A stretch of DNA of 64,000 bases from an uncultured Rikenella sp. (GCA_964621005.1 CAZUIF010000014.1:12457-76456); one strand, 5' to 3'; shown: positions 35,725 to 44,944, counted from the stretch's first letter. Numbers and translations: made by a program. The notes: a model not told the origin generated them from the letters alone.

Positions 35725-35732
35725 TATATTTG
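35725..35732 (+). promoter_or_regulatory. Candidate -7 promoter box (TAnnTTTG) of the Fic gene
   Basis: TATATTTG lies immediately upstream of the second palindrome and 19 nt before the ATG at 35751. Confidence 0.4.
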
Positions 35733-35747
35733 CCGCAAAAATTGCGG
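35733..35747. promoter_or_regulatory. Perfect palindrome CCGCA-N5-TGCGG (operator candidate 2) over the predicted transcription start
   Basis: CCGCAAAAATTGCGG. Its centre is 53 bp from the centre of the first palindrome. Confidence 0.45.
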
Positions 35748-35750
35748 AGA

Positions 35751-36860
35751 ATGAAAATGTACCTCTACAGGCAGCCGGATTGGCCGGAATTCACATGGGA
35801 CAGCAGGTCCATTTTATTGCCACTTTCCAATGCCAGGCATCTGCAGGGAAAGTTGGCTGGAAAGATGCAGACCCTGGGATTTAATCTGAGAAATGAGGCT
35901 GTTTTGGAAACATTGACAGCTGAGGTGATAAAAACATCAGAAATTGAAGGTCAGATACTGGATCCTGGACAGGTTCGATCTTCCATAGCAAGAAGACTCG
36001 GAATAGAAGTTTCCGGCCTCGTACCATCAGACCGGGATGTAGATGGAGTGGTGGAGATGATGTTGGATGCTACCCAGAACTTTATGAAATCATTGACCAC
36101 AGACAGACTGTTTGGCTGGCATTCAGCATTGTTTCCTGCAGGCAGAAGCGGCATGTACAGGATTATTTCGGGTAGCTGGAGAGACGATTCAACCGGGCCT
36201 ATGCAGGTTGTTTCAGGAGCGTTGGGAAAAGAGAGAGTACATTTTGAAGCTCCACCTGCCAAAGAGATTAAAGTCGAAATGAAAGCGTTTTTATCATGGT
36301 ATAACGGGGTGCCTGATAATGATTTAATCTTAAAATCTGCCATTGCTCACCTATGGTTTGTAACAATACATCCTTTTGAAGATGGTAACGGCAGAATTGC
36401 CCGTGCTTTGTCAGAAATGTTACTTGCCAGGTCAGACGAATCACCCCAGCGATTTTATAGCTTGTCTTCCCAGATCAGAGCAGAGAGAAAGGAATATTAT
36501 AAAATATTGGAAAAAACTCAGAAGGGAACTCTCGATGTAACGGAATGGCTGGTCTGGTATTTAAATTGCCTGGCAAATGCTATTAAAGCCTCAGATAGAA
36601 TTCTTGCAAAGGTTCTGTACAAGCACAGATTCTGGATAAAATATTCATCTGAGACTCTGAACAGCAGACAAACCCTGATGATAAACAAATTACTGGACGA
36701 CTTTACCGGAAAACTGACGACCTCAAAGTGGGCAAAAATTGCGAAATGTTCTCAGGATACAGCGCTCAGAGATATTCAGGATCTATTAAATAAAAGAATT
36801 CTCCGGAAAAATATGTCAGGTGGCCGAAGCACAAATTACGATCTAATTACCCTGGAATAA
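35751..36860 (+). CDS. Fic-family protein (DUF4172 N-terminus, Fic core, C-terminal winged-helix)
   Basis: HPFEDGNGRIARAL (HPFxxGNGRxxR Fic motif). YRQPDWPEFTWD N-terminus. C-terminal KWAKIAKCSQDTALRDIQDLLNK HTH-like. ATG at 35751 or 35757 (the ORF track start at 35730 is a TTG). Visibly more AT-rich than its neighbours. Confidence 0.85.
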   Translation: MKMYLYRQPDWPEFTWDSRSILLPLSNARHLQGKLAGKMQTLGFNLRNEAVLETLTAEVIKTSEIEGQILDPGQVRSSIARRLGIEVSGLVPSDRDVDGVVEMMLDATQNFMKSLTTDRLFGWHSALFPAGRSGMYRIISGSWRDDSTGPMQVVSGALGKERVHFEAPPAKEIKVEMKAFLSWYNGVPDNDLILKSAIAHLWFVTIHPFEDGNGRIARALSEMLLARSDESPQRFYSLSSQIRAERKEYYKILEKTQKGTLDVTEWLVWYLNCLANAIKASDRILAKVLYKHRFWIKYSSETLNSRQTLMINKLLDDFTGKLTTSKWAKIAKCSQDTALRDIQDLLNKRILRKNMSGGRSTNYDLITLE

Positions 36861-36980
36861 CGAAAATTGTCTCTATGTCAAATGCCATGAAGTTATAAAT
36901 TCAACAGACCTTCAGACTATTTTGAAATATGACAAATAGCAGTAATCGTTATCTTATAAATTTTTATCTTAGAGCCACAA

Positions 36981-38327
36981 ATGAGGGCGCTAAATAAAAA
37001 ATTTATGAAAAATACCCCCATTAATCGTCAAACAGTAAGCAACGCCATAGTATCCAGCGGTATCACAGACCTCGGACGCGCAAGCATCAGGGAGATTGTA
37101 AAGCTGGTTAATGTGCTGCGCCGTGAGACAGGAGTGGATTTCATCCGCATGGAGATGGGTGTCCCCGGACTTCCCTCTGCAGAAGTGGGTGTCAGGGCCG
37201 AGATAGAAGCCCTGAGAAGAGGCGTTGCCTCTGACTACCCAGACATCGAAGGGCTGCCTGAGATGAAAACGGAAGCTTCGAAATTCGTGAAGAATTTTCT
37301 CGATGTGGATGTGAAACCGGAATGCTGCGTGCCAACCGGAGGCGCCATGATGGGAGGGATGGCAAGCTTCATGGTGGCAAACAGGAATGACCATACAAAA
37401 GAGGGAACACTCTTCATCGATCCGGGATTCCCGGTGCAGAAGACCCAGACCAGGATCCTCGGACAGGACTTCAGATCATTTGATGTTTACAACTACCGAG
37501 GGGAAAAGCTCGGCCCGAAACTGGAATCAATACTGGAATGCGGAAAGGTGTCAACCATCCTCTACTCCAATCCCAACAACCCGTCATGGATCTGCTTCAC
37601 AGATGAAGAGCTCAGGACAATCGGCACCCTGGCAAAAAAATACGATGCCATCGTAATTGAGGACCTGGCATATTTCGGGATGGACTTCCGCGAGAACTAC
37701 TCCGTTCCGGGCCAGCCTCCCTTCCAGCCGACGGTGGCCAAATACTGCGATGATTATATTTTACTGATCTCCAGTTCAAAGATATTCAGCTACGCCGGCC
37801 AGAGGATCGGCCTGCTGGTTATGTCTGACCACCTTTATAACCGTCATTACCCGGATCTCCTTCGTTATTACAGCTCTGAGATATTCGGCCGGGCGATGAT
37901 ATTCGGGGCACTCTATGCCCTCTCATCCGGTGTCAGTCACTCTGCACAGTACGGTTTTACAGCCATACTCAAGGCGGTCAATGAGGGACTTTATAACTTT
38001 GTTGACAATACCAGGGTCTACGGTGATAAGGCTGCCAGGATGAAGGAGATGTTCATAAGGAACGGTTTCAGGATCGTTTATGACATGGACATTGACAGGC
38101 CTGTAGCCGACGGCTTCTATTTTACAATCTCCTACCCGGGTATGAGCGGGGGAGAGCTCCTGCAGGAACTTCTGTCATATGGCATAGCAGCCATCACCCT
38201 CAACATATGCGGCAGCGAGAGACATGAAGGACTCAGGGCATGCGTGTCACAGGTCAGAAGAAGTCAGTTGCCGCTGCTGGAGGAGCGACTCGCACTATTC
38301 AGTGAGAATAATCCGATAGGGAAATAA
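36981..38327 (+). CDS. Class I/II PLP-dependent aminotransferase
   Basis: LLISSSKIFSYAGQRIG (PLP-Lys region) and NPNNPSW. An alternative start at ATG 37005 (MKNTPINR) is possible. Confidence 0.8.
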   Translation: MRALNKKFMKNTPINRQTVSNAIVSSGITDLGRASIREIVKLVNVLRRETGVDFIRMEMGVPGLPSAEVGVRAEIEALRRGVASDYPDIEGLPEMKTEASKFVKNFLDVDVKPECCVPTGGAMMGGMASFMVANRNDHTKEGTLFIDPGFPVQKTQTRILGQDFRSFDVYNYRGEKLGPKLESILECGKVSTILYSNPNNPSWICFTDEELRTIGTLAKKYDAIVIEDLAYFGMDFRENYSVPGQPPFQPTVAKYCDDYILLISSSKIFSYAGQRIGLLVMSDHLYNRHYPDLLRYYSSEIFGRAMIFGALYALSSGVSHSAQYGFTAILKAVNEGLYNFVDNTRVYGDKAARMKEMFIRNGFRIVYDMDIDRPVADGFYFTISYPGMSGGELLQELLSYGIAAITLNICGSERHEGLRACVSQVRRSQLPLLEERLALFSENNPIGK

Positions 38328-38363
38328 ATTATACTTTTAAACCGCAGTAAATTCAAAAAAGAA

Positions 38364-38591
38364 ATGGCAAAGATAAAAGGAGCAGTTGTTGTTGACCGTG
38401 AGAAGTGCAAGGGTTGCGAGGTGTGCGTGGTGACATGCCCTACTGAAACTCTGGCATTGGCAACGGAAGTGAATTCAAAGGGATATCATTACAGTTATGC
38501 AGCCAGGCCTGAGACATGCATCGGTTGCTCTAACTGCGCGGTTGTGTGTCCTGACGGCGTTATTACCGTCTATAAAATGAAAATAGGATAA
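38364..38591 (+). CDS. 2-oxoacid:ferredoxin oxidoreductase delta subunit (2x[4Fe-4S] ferredoxin)
   Basis: CKGCEVCVVTCP and CIGCSNCAVVCP. 75 aa. First gene of the four-gene OFOR cluster. Confidence 0.85.
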   Translation: MAKIKGAVVVDREKCKGCEVCVVTCPTETLALATEVNSKGYHYSYAARPETCIGCSNCAVVCPDGVITVYKMKIG

Positions 38592-38613
38592 CGAAAAGAA
38601 ACAATATACGTTA

Positions 38614-39681
38614 ATGGAAAAGGAACTGAGACTGATGAAAGGCAACGAAGCTATCGCCGAGGCGGCGATACGCGCCGGTGCCGACGGTTATTTCGGGTAT
38701 CCCATCACTCCGCAGAGCGAGATACTTGAATATCTTATGGAGGCCAATCCCCAGGCAACGACCGGGATGGTTGTGCTCCAGGCGGAGAGCGAGGTGGCTG
38801 CCATCAACATGGTTTACGGCGGCGCTGCCTGCGGCAAGAAGGTGATGACCTCATCATCCTCCCCGGGCATAAGCCTCAAACAGGAGGGAATAACATACAT
38901 CGCAGGAGCAGAGCTGCCCTGTCTTATAGTGAACGTTGTACGCGGCGGTCCGGGACTCGGTACAATACAGCCTGCCCAGAGCGACTACTTCCAGGCTACC
39001 AAAGGGGGCGGTCACGGCGACTATCACCTGCTTGTCCTCGCCCCGGCATCAGTACAGGAAATGGCTGACTTCGTCGAACTTGGCTTTGAACTTGCATTCA
39101 AATACAGGAATCCTGCCATGATCCTCTCTGACGGTGCGATAGGGCAGATGATGGAAAAGGTGTGGCTCAAGCCTCAGAAGAAGAGATCTGAAGAGATCCT
39201 CCCGTGGTCGACCACCGGCAAGCCTGCCACCCGTGAACGCAATATAATCACCTCGCTTGACCTCGATCCGGAGCGGCAGGAGAAGTTCAACCTGAAGCTT
39301 ATTGCCAAATACCGTGAGATGGAGGAAAAGGAGGTTCGCTTCGAGGAATTCATGACAGAAGATGCTGAATATCTCTTCGTGGCATACGGAACCAGCGCAA
39401 GGCTGTGCCAGAAGGCACTGCAGCTGGCCAGGGCCGAAGGGATCAAAGCCGGGTTGCTGAGGCCTATAACCCTGTATCCCTATCCGAAGAAGAGACTCAA
39501 TGAGCTCGCTGACAGGGTAAAAGGGATGCTGGCCGTGGAAATGAGCGCCGGCCAGATGGTTGAAGACGTCTTGCTCTCTGTTAACGGCAAGACAAGGGTG
39601 AGTCACTACGGCAGAATGGGAGGTATGATTCCCACACCCGAAGAGGTTGTTGAAAACCTGAAAATATTCATTAAAGGATAA
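38614..39681 (+). CDS. 2-oxoacid:ferredoxin oxidoreductase alpha subunit (KorA/VorB-like)
   Basis: MKGNEAIAEAAIRAGADGYFGYPITPQSEI is the typical OFOR alpha N-terminus. Confidence 0.85.
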   Translation: MEKELRLMKGNEAIAEAAIRAGADGYFGYPITPQSEILEYLMEANPQATTGMVVLQAESEVAAINMVYGGAACGKKVMTSSSSPGISLKQEGITYIAGAELPCLIVNVVRGGPGLGTIQPAQSDYFQATKGGGHGDYHLLVLAPASVQEMADFVELGFELAFKYRNPAMILSDGAIGQMMEKVWLKPQKKRSEEILPWSTTGKPATRERNIITSLDLDPERQEKFNLKLIAKYREMEEKEVRFEEFMTEDAEYLFVAYGTSARLCQKALQLARAEGIKAGLLRPITLYPYPKKRLNELADRVKGMLAVEMSAGQMVEDVLLSVNGKTRVSHYGRMGGMIPTPEEVVENLKIFIKG

Positions 39682-39686
39682 CTGAC

Positions 39687-40463
39687 ATGGCAGACATAAC
39701 ATTCAATGATATTATCAAGCCCGAGAACCTGACTTACAAAAAGTCGAAGCTGATGACGGATAACGTCATGCACTACTGCCCGGGCTGCGGACACGGAACC
39801 GCCCACCAGGTGCTGGCTGAGGTGCTGGAGGAGGAAGATTTGCAGAGCAGGACGGTGGGCATAACCCCGGTTGGATGCTCGGTGCTGATGTACAACTATA
39901 TCGATGTCGATTTCCAGGAGGCTGCACACGGACGGGCACCTGCACTGGCAACAGCCGTAAAGAGGCTGATGCCTGACAAATTCGTATTCACATACCAGGG
40001 CGACGGCGACCTTGCTGCTATCGGCACAGCTGAGACAATCCATACCTGCAACAGGGGAGAGAACATACTGATGCTCTTTATAAACAACGGCATCTACGGG
40101 ATGACCGGAGGGCAGATGGCCCCCACAACCCTGGCAGGGATGAAGTCGTCCACCTCTCCCTACGGAAGGGACGTTTCGATGATGGGTTCACCGATAAAGA
40201 TGGCAGATATCGTGGCCATGCTTCCCGGCACCTGCTACGTTACACGCCAGAGCGTCAATACCGCAGCGGGAGTGAGAAAGCTGAAGAAGGCACTCAGGAA
40301 AGCTGTGCAGTACCAGAACGAAAACAGGGGCACATGCTTCATCGAGGTGGTTTCAAACTGCCCTTCCGGATGGAAAATGACACCTGTTGAGTCAAACAAG
40401 TGGATGGAGGAGAACATGTTCCCGTTCTACCCGCTGGGTGATATCAAGGTGCCGGCTGAATAG
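39687..40463 (+). CDS. 2-oxoacid:ferredoxin oxidoreductase beta subunit (TPP-binding)
   Basis: YCPGCGHG and QGDGDLAAIG...NNGIYGMTGGQ (TPP motif). Confidence 0.85.
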   Translation: MADITFNDIIKPENLTYKKSKLMTDNVMHYCPGCGHGTAHQVLAEVLEEEDLQSRTVGITPVGCSVLMYNYIDVDFQEAAHGRAPALATAVKRLMPDKFVFTYQGDGDLAAIGTAETIHTCNRGENILMLFINNGIYGMTGGQMAPTTLAGMKSSTSPYGRDVSMMGSPIKMADIVAMLPGTCYVTRQSVNTAAGVRKLKKALRKAVQYQNENRGTCFIEVVSNCPSGWKMTPVESNKWMEENMFPFYPLGDIKVPAE

Positions 40464-40535
40464 CGACGGGTTGCAGCTGCCGGCGGACTTCATCTGCTGC
40501 CGGTCACAAGGTTAAATTCATAAACATTACAGACC

Positions 40536-41078
40536 ATGACAGAAGAAATTATAATAGCAGGTTTTGGCGGACAGGGCGTGCTCTCAATGGGGAAAATAAT
40601 GGCCTATTCAGGCATGATGCAGGATATGGAGGTGAGCTGGATGCCATCTTACGGTCCCGAGATGAGAGGCGGTACGGCCAACGTCAATGTCATACTTAGC
40701 GATGAACGGATCAGTTCTCCGATTCTCCGCAGCTTCGACACGGCTATCATCCTCAACCAGCAGAGCATGGACAAGTTCGAAAAATCGGTCAAGCCAGGCG
40801 GAACCCTTATCTATGACGGCAACGGCATAACGAGGCATCCCGAACGGAAAGACATAACAGTTTACCGGATTGATGCGGCAGAAGAGGCTTCGAAGCTGAA
40901 GATGCAGAAGATGTTCAATATGTTTGTCCTCGGCGGTTTCATGAAAGTCAAGCCTATACTGAAAACCGAATATGTTCTCAAGGGACTTAAGAAGTCACTC
41001 CCCGAACGTTACCATAACCTCATCCCGCTGAACGAGAAGGCAATTGAACGAGGCATGGAGATAATCAATAAAGTCTGA
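40536..41078 (+). CDS. 2-oxoacid:ferredoxin oxidoreductase gamma subunit
   Basis: IIIAGFGGQGVLSMGKI...SYGPEMRGGTANV. Confidence 0.85.
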   Translation: MTEEIIIAGFGGQGVLSMGKIMAYSGMMQDMEVSWMPSYGPEMRGGTANVNVILSDERISSPILRSFDTAIILNQQSMDKFEKSVKPGGTLIYDGNGITRHPERKDITVYRIDAAEEASKLKMQKMFNMFVLGGFMKVKPILKTEYVLKGLKKSLPERYHNLIPLNEKAIERGMEIINKV

Positions 41079-41093
41079 AGGTCTGAAGATCTG
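41073..41093. repeat. Octamer direct repeat overlapping a stop codon
   Basis: GTCTGAAG-GTCTGAAG-ATCTG. The TGA at 41076-41078 lies inside the first unit. Confidence 0.7.
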
Positions 41094-41132
41094 TCGCTTC
41101 GCTCCGTCGTGCTGTCATGCAGTCCAGATACC

Positions 41133-41186
41133 TTGACTGTAAGACCGCAAGACCGCAAGACCGCAAGACCGCAAAGACCGTAAGAC
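41133..41186. repeat. Octamer tandem array (AAGACCGC x4 perfect plus degenerate flanks); reverse complement of the GTCTTGCG word family
   Basis: TTGACTGT, AAGACCGC x4 (41141-41172), AAAGACCGT, AAGAC. Lies between convergent korC-like and nadD ends. Confidence 0.9.
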
Positions 41187-41188
41187 TT

Positions 41189-41782
41189 TTATTCATAAAA
41201 ATGCATCTCCCGGATGTACTTCCAGACGGGAGCGGGGACAAACCACGAGACATCCTTTCCCTCGCTGATGGCGCTGCGGATAAAGGTGCCGGAAATCTCC
41301 ATGATCGGGGCGTCAATCTCCTGTACCGATGCCATGGCCAGTATCTCCTGAAGCCTCTTGCTGCTCTTCCTTCCGGGGTAAATCCTTGGATAGACCACAA
41401 TCGGATATTGCTTTACAAGCAGCTCAGCATTCTTCCATTTATGCAGGGTGGTCAGATTATCCTCACCCATTATCAGTGTGAACCGGCGTGACGGGTATTT
41501 CTCTGCAAGATATGCAAGGGTGTCGATTGTGTAGGATGGTTGGGGCAGGGTAAACTCTATGTCTGATGCCCTGAACCTGGGATCATCACCTATCGCCAGC
41601 TGGGTCATGTAGAACCTGTCGCGCTCGCTGAGAAGTGACTCCTTAACCTTCAGGGGATTGTGCGGACTTACGACAAACCATACCTCCTTCAGCGGGGAGT
41701 ACTCGGTAATGTAGTTGGCGATGGCAAGGTGTCCAATATGCACCGGATTGAATGATCCGAAGAAGAGTCCTGTCTCAGTCAT
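41189..41782 (-). CDS. nadD: Nicotinate-nucleotide adenylyltransferase
   Basis: GLFFGSFNPVHIGH. 197 aa. 4-nt overlap with gmk. Confidence 0.9.
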   Translation of the reverse strand: MTETGLFFGSFNPVHIGHLAIANYITEYSPLKEVWFVVSPHNPLKVKESLLSERDRFYMTQLAIGDDPRFRASDIEFTLPQPSYTIDTLAYLAEKYPSRRFTLIMGEDNLTTLHKWKNAELLVKQYPIVVYPRIYPGRKSSKRLQEILAMASVQEIDAPIMEISGTFIRSAISEGKDVSWFVPAPVWKYIREMHFYE

Positions 41783-42360
41783 GGCCTGTCCATAAATTCC
41801 CTGACAATGTTAACTATTGCAATGCAGGCTTTCTCCAGGTTGTCGTTGATGACCACCTTGTCAAAATGTTCTGCCAGCAGGATCTCCGAGGCTGCCTTCT
41901 CCACCCTCATCGCTATCTGTTCCGGAGTGTCGGTGCCGCGGCGAACCAGCCTCTTGCGCAGCTCTTCAACACTGGGGGGCATGATGAACACTGACAGGGC
42001 ATCGTCACCGAAGATCTTCTTCAGGTTTATGCCTCCCTGGACATCAACATCAAACAGCGGAATCTTGCCTTCATCGCGTATACGCTCAATTTCCCTGCGA
42101 AGGGTTCCGTAGTAATGGTCCCTGTATACCTCCTGCCACTCAATGAACTCGTCTCTTTTGATCCTCCTGCGGAACTCTCCGGCAGTAATGAAGTAGTATT
42201 CCCGGCCGTCGGTTTCGTTGCCGCGGGGCTTCCTGCTGGTTGCTGATACAGAGAACATAAGGGGAAAGCCTGACACAAGCAGGTGATTGACCAGGGTCGA
42301 CTTGCCGGCTCCGGACGGGGCCGAAATGATAAGCACTTTTTTACTGTCGGCGGCGCGCAT
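41779..42360 (-). CDS. gmk: Guanylate kinase
   Basis: ISAPSGAGKSTL P-loop and SATSRKPRGNE. Confidence 0.9.
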   Translation of the reverse strand: MRAADSKKVLIISAPSGAGKSTLVNHLLVSGFPLMFSVSATSRKPRGNETDGREYYFITAGEFRRRIKRDEFIEWQEVYRDHYYGTLRREIERIRDEGKIPLFDVDVQGGINLKKIFGDDALSVFIMPPSVEELRKRLVRRGTDTPEQIAMRVEKAASEILLAEHFDKVVINDNLEKACIAIVNIVREFMDRP

Positions 42361-42364
42361 CCGG

Positions 42365-43240
42365 CTAAAGGATATTTAGGGTCAGTTCCTTGATTTTTTC
42401 CAGTTCATCCTTCATCATCACCACCAGCTTCTGCATGGCGGCATCGTTGGCCTTGGAGCCGATGGTATTGATTTCCCTTCCCATCTCCTGTGAGATGAAG
42501 TTGAGCATTTTCCCGTGGGTCCCTTCGGCTTTCATTGTCTCGAGGAAGTAGTCGCAGTGCTTCCGCAGACGGACCTTTTCTTCATTGATGTCAAGTTTTT
42601 CCAGGTAGAATATCAGTTCCTGCTCGAACCGGTTCTTGTCAATATTTTCTGATCCCACAGCATCTTTCAGCGAGGCGTTCAGTTTTTCGCGCATGCGCGA
42701 AATCCGGTCGCCCTCGACGGCCCCGAGGTTTTCAAGGTTAGCAAGTATGGCCGCAACCGATTTGGAAAGATCCTTTTCCATCGCCTTACCCTCCTCCAGC
42801 CGGTAAAGGTCAGTCATCGTGAGTGCCTCATCGGTGAGTCCGGATATCCTGATCCACTCTTCGTCAGAGAGCTCCGCCTTCTCGGTGCGGAGGGTCTCCG
42901 GGAGACGCATCACGATGGCCAGCAGTCCGGCGTCATCAGTGATGCCAAGTTCGCCGCTGATTTCCTTCATCTGGGTGAAGTAGCTCTTCACGTTGTTTTT
43001 GTTGATCACCGGCACCTGCTCGCTGTCCATGGTGTCAAAGTTTACCGAGAGGTCGATCTTTCCTCTCTCGAGCTTCCTCATGACCATGTTTCGGATATCA
43101 AGTTCCTTCTCCTTGCATATCCAGGGGAGCCTGGTGTTGATGTCTGCCTGCTTGCTGTTGAGAGATTTGATCTCAACGGTTATCTTTCTCTGAGGAGTCT
43201 CCAGCATGGCCTTGCCATAGCCGGTCATCGATCTTATCAT
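42365..43240 (-). CDS. yicC: YicC-family stress-induced protein
   Basis: MIRSMTGYGKA N-terminus and C-terminal EMGREINTIGSKAND. 291 aa. Confidence 0.9.
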   Translation of the reverse strand: MIRSMTGYGKAMLETPQRKITVEIKSLNSKQADINTRLPWICKEKELDIRNMVMRKLERGKIDLSVNFDTMDSEQVPVINKNNVKSYFTQMKEISGELGITDDAGLLAIVMRLPETLRTEKAELSDEEWIRISGLTDEALTMTDLYRLEEGKAMEKDLSKSVAAILANLENLGAVEGDRISRMREKLNASLKDAVGSENIDKNRFEQELIFYLEKLDINEEKVRLRKHCDYFLETMKAEGTHGKMLNFISQEMGREINTIGSKANDAAMQKLVVMMKDELEKIKELTLNIL

Positions 43241-43367
43241 TGGGTGCCGGTAATTATAAGGGTAAAGATATGTTTTTTCTCGCAGCCGCGAAGTGGTTCG
43301 CAGCCATGCATCGATGTCAGGTCAGGGAAGTGCCTGTTGAAAAAAGCTGATGTCGCGGAGCGGTCAC

Positions 43368-44747
43368 TCAACCCAGCAGGTCGAGTTCCACTGTGAAATG
43401 CCTCATGATTGGCGCTTCCCACCTTATCGCAAGACCCCTTCTGACGGTCTCCCTTCTCTCCCAGACGTTCTTCACTGCCGCCGCAACATAGTCCATATGG
43501 TTGTCAGTGTAAACCCTCCGGGGAATGGCCAGCCTGACAAGTTCAAGCTCCGGGTACCTGTTCTCGCGGGTGACCGGGTCACGGTCAGCCATCAGGGTGC
43601 CTATCTCGGTGCCGCGGATGCCGCCTTCCAGGTAGATATCAACTGCAAGCCTCTGCGCGGGGAATTCCGATGCCGGTATCTGCGGGTAGAATTTGCCTGC
43701 ATCGATGAAGATGGCATGGCCGCCGATAGGCATCTGCACGGGTATTCCTGCTGCATTGAGATTTTCCCCGAGGCGTGTTACCTGGCCGATGCGTGCCCCC
43801 AGGTAGTCAGACTCAGTCCCTTCGTACAGCCCCTGTGCAAGCGCGTTCATGTCGCGGCCCGACATGCCTCCGTATGTGATGAATCCCTCGAACATTATGT
43901 TGAAGGTAGAGGCCTTCCTGAAGAGTTCGCGGTCCTTCATCCCGATGAATCCGCCTATGTTGACAATAGCGTCCTTTTTAGAGCTCATTGTCATTGCATC
44001 GGCATAGGAGAACATCTCCCGGGTGATATCCCTTATGTCCTTCTCGGCGTAGCCCTCTTCACGGGTCTTGATGAACCATGCATTCTCGGCAAAGCGGGCC
44101 GAGTCGATGACAAGCAGAACACCGTATCTGTCAGCCAGCTGGCGTACCCCGCGGAGGTTGGCCATGCTCACCGGCTGGCCCCCTGCAGTGTTGTTTGTTA
44201 CGGTCATTACTATACAACCGAGCTTCTCGCGGGGTGTATCCTTCAGCACCTTTTCCAGGTGCCCGAGATCGGCATTGCCCTTGAACGGGTCCTTGTTTGT
44301 GATATCCCTCGCCCACGAGACGGTGCAGTCAACAGCTTTCGCCTTGCGGAACTCAATATGCCCCTTGGTGGTGTCAAAGTGGGCGTTGCCGGGGATTATG
44401 TCACCCTCCTTAACCAGCACCGAGAAGAGTACGTTTTCTGCAGCCCTGCCCTGGTGTGTGGGCAGGAAATACTCAAAACCGGTGATATCGCGGATAGCCT
44501 CCTTAAGCCTGAAGTATGATGAGGCTCCCGCGTAGCTTTCGTCGCCGGTCATTATGGCGCCCCACTGTTTGTCGCTCATGGCGCCGGTGCCGGAGTCGGT
44601 CAGCAGGTCAATGAACACCTGTTCTGACCGGAGGTTGAAGAGGTTGTATGATGCGGTTTTTATCCACCCGGCACGCTCTTCAAGGGTGCTCTGGCGGATA
44701 GTCTCGACGGTCTTTATCTTATATGGTTCACAATATGGTAAGTTCAT
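43368..44747 (-). CDS. tnaA: Tryptophanase (beta-eliminating lyase family)
   Basis: FIDLLTDSGTGAMSDKQW, PTHQGRAAE, HFDTTKGH and DSARFAENAWF (TnaA-like rather than TPL-like variants), SSKKDAIVNIGGF (PLP Lys). Confidence 0.8.
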   Translation of the reverse strand: MNLPYCEPYKIKTVETIRQSTLEERAGWIKTASYNLFNLRSEQVFIDLLTDSGTGAMSDKQWGAIMTGDESYAGASSYFRLKEAIRDITGFEYFLPTHQGRAAENVLFSVLVKEGDIIPGNAHFDTTKGHIEFRKAKAVDCTVSWARDITNKDPFKGNADLGHLEKVLKDTPREKLGCIVMTVTNNTAGGQPVSMANLRGVRQLADRYGVLLVIDSARFAENAWFIKTREEGYAEKDIRDITREMFSYADAMTMSSKKDAIVNIGGFIGMKDRELFRKASTFNIMFEGFITYGGMSGRDMNALAQGLYEGTESDYLGARIGQVTRLGENLNAAGIPVQMPIGGHAIFIDAGKFYPQIPASEFPAQRLAVDIYLEGGIRGTEIGTLMADRDPVTRENRYPELELVRLAIPRRVYTDNHMDYVAAAVKNVWERRETVRRGLAIRWEAPIMRHFTVELDLLG

Positions 44748-44890
44748 GGGAATTGAGATTTACATTGCTTGTTGCCCTGCAGACAACGATAATAATTATG
44801 TTTTGCTGCAAATGTCTGACCCCCGGCGGGGAAACCTGATTACATGCTATCGCACTGCAATGCAGAACGACCTGTGGCTTGCGTTGTCAA

Positions 44891-44921
44891 CACTATTGCC
44901 TATTGCCTGTTGCCTACTGCC
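44891..44921. repeat. Heptamer tandem repeat in the tnaA 5' region
   Basis: CAC-TATTGCC-TATTGCC-TGTTGCC-TACTGCC. The first 18 nt (CACTATTGCCTATTGCCT) are identical to 2261-2278. Confidence 0.85.
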
Positions 44922-44944
44922 TAAATTGCATGCAACCCCTGGAC

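Noticed and set aside
35730-35750. Longer N-terminal extensions given by the ORF track for several genes (Fic 35730, M14 29439, decarboxylase 60427, PP2C 13262, ferredoxin 15400, DUF3078 45058, pheT 50434, M28 10160, hydE 30665, NUDIX 11360)
   Set aside because: Six of them begin at TTG codons (35730, 29439, 60427, 13262, 15400, 45058). For the rest, the extension would overlap a neighbouring gene or precede a clear signal peptide or canonical N-terminus, so downstream ATG starts were preferred.
40476-40503. Direct repeat GCTGCCGG x2 (20-nt spacing) between the OFOR beta and gamma subunit genes
   Set aside because: It is short and GC-rich, and could easily occur by chance. No palindromic or promoter context is present.
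43350-44519. 389-aa ORF on the + strand lying entirely antisense to tnaA
   Set aside because: Its composition (rich in Cys, His, Arg, Val, Leu) and lack of any recognisable motif fit a shadow ORF in the antisense frame of a strongly supported gene. The tryptophanase translation on the other strand has all family motifs.
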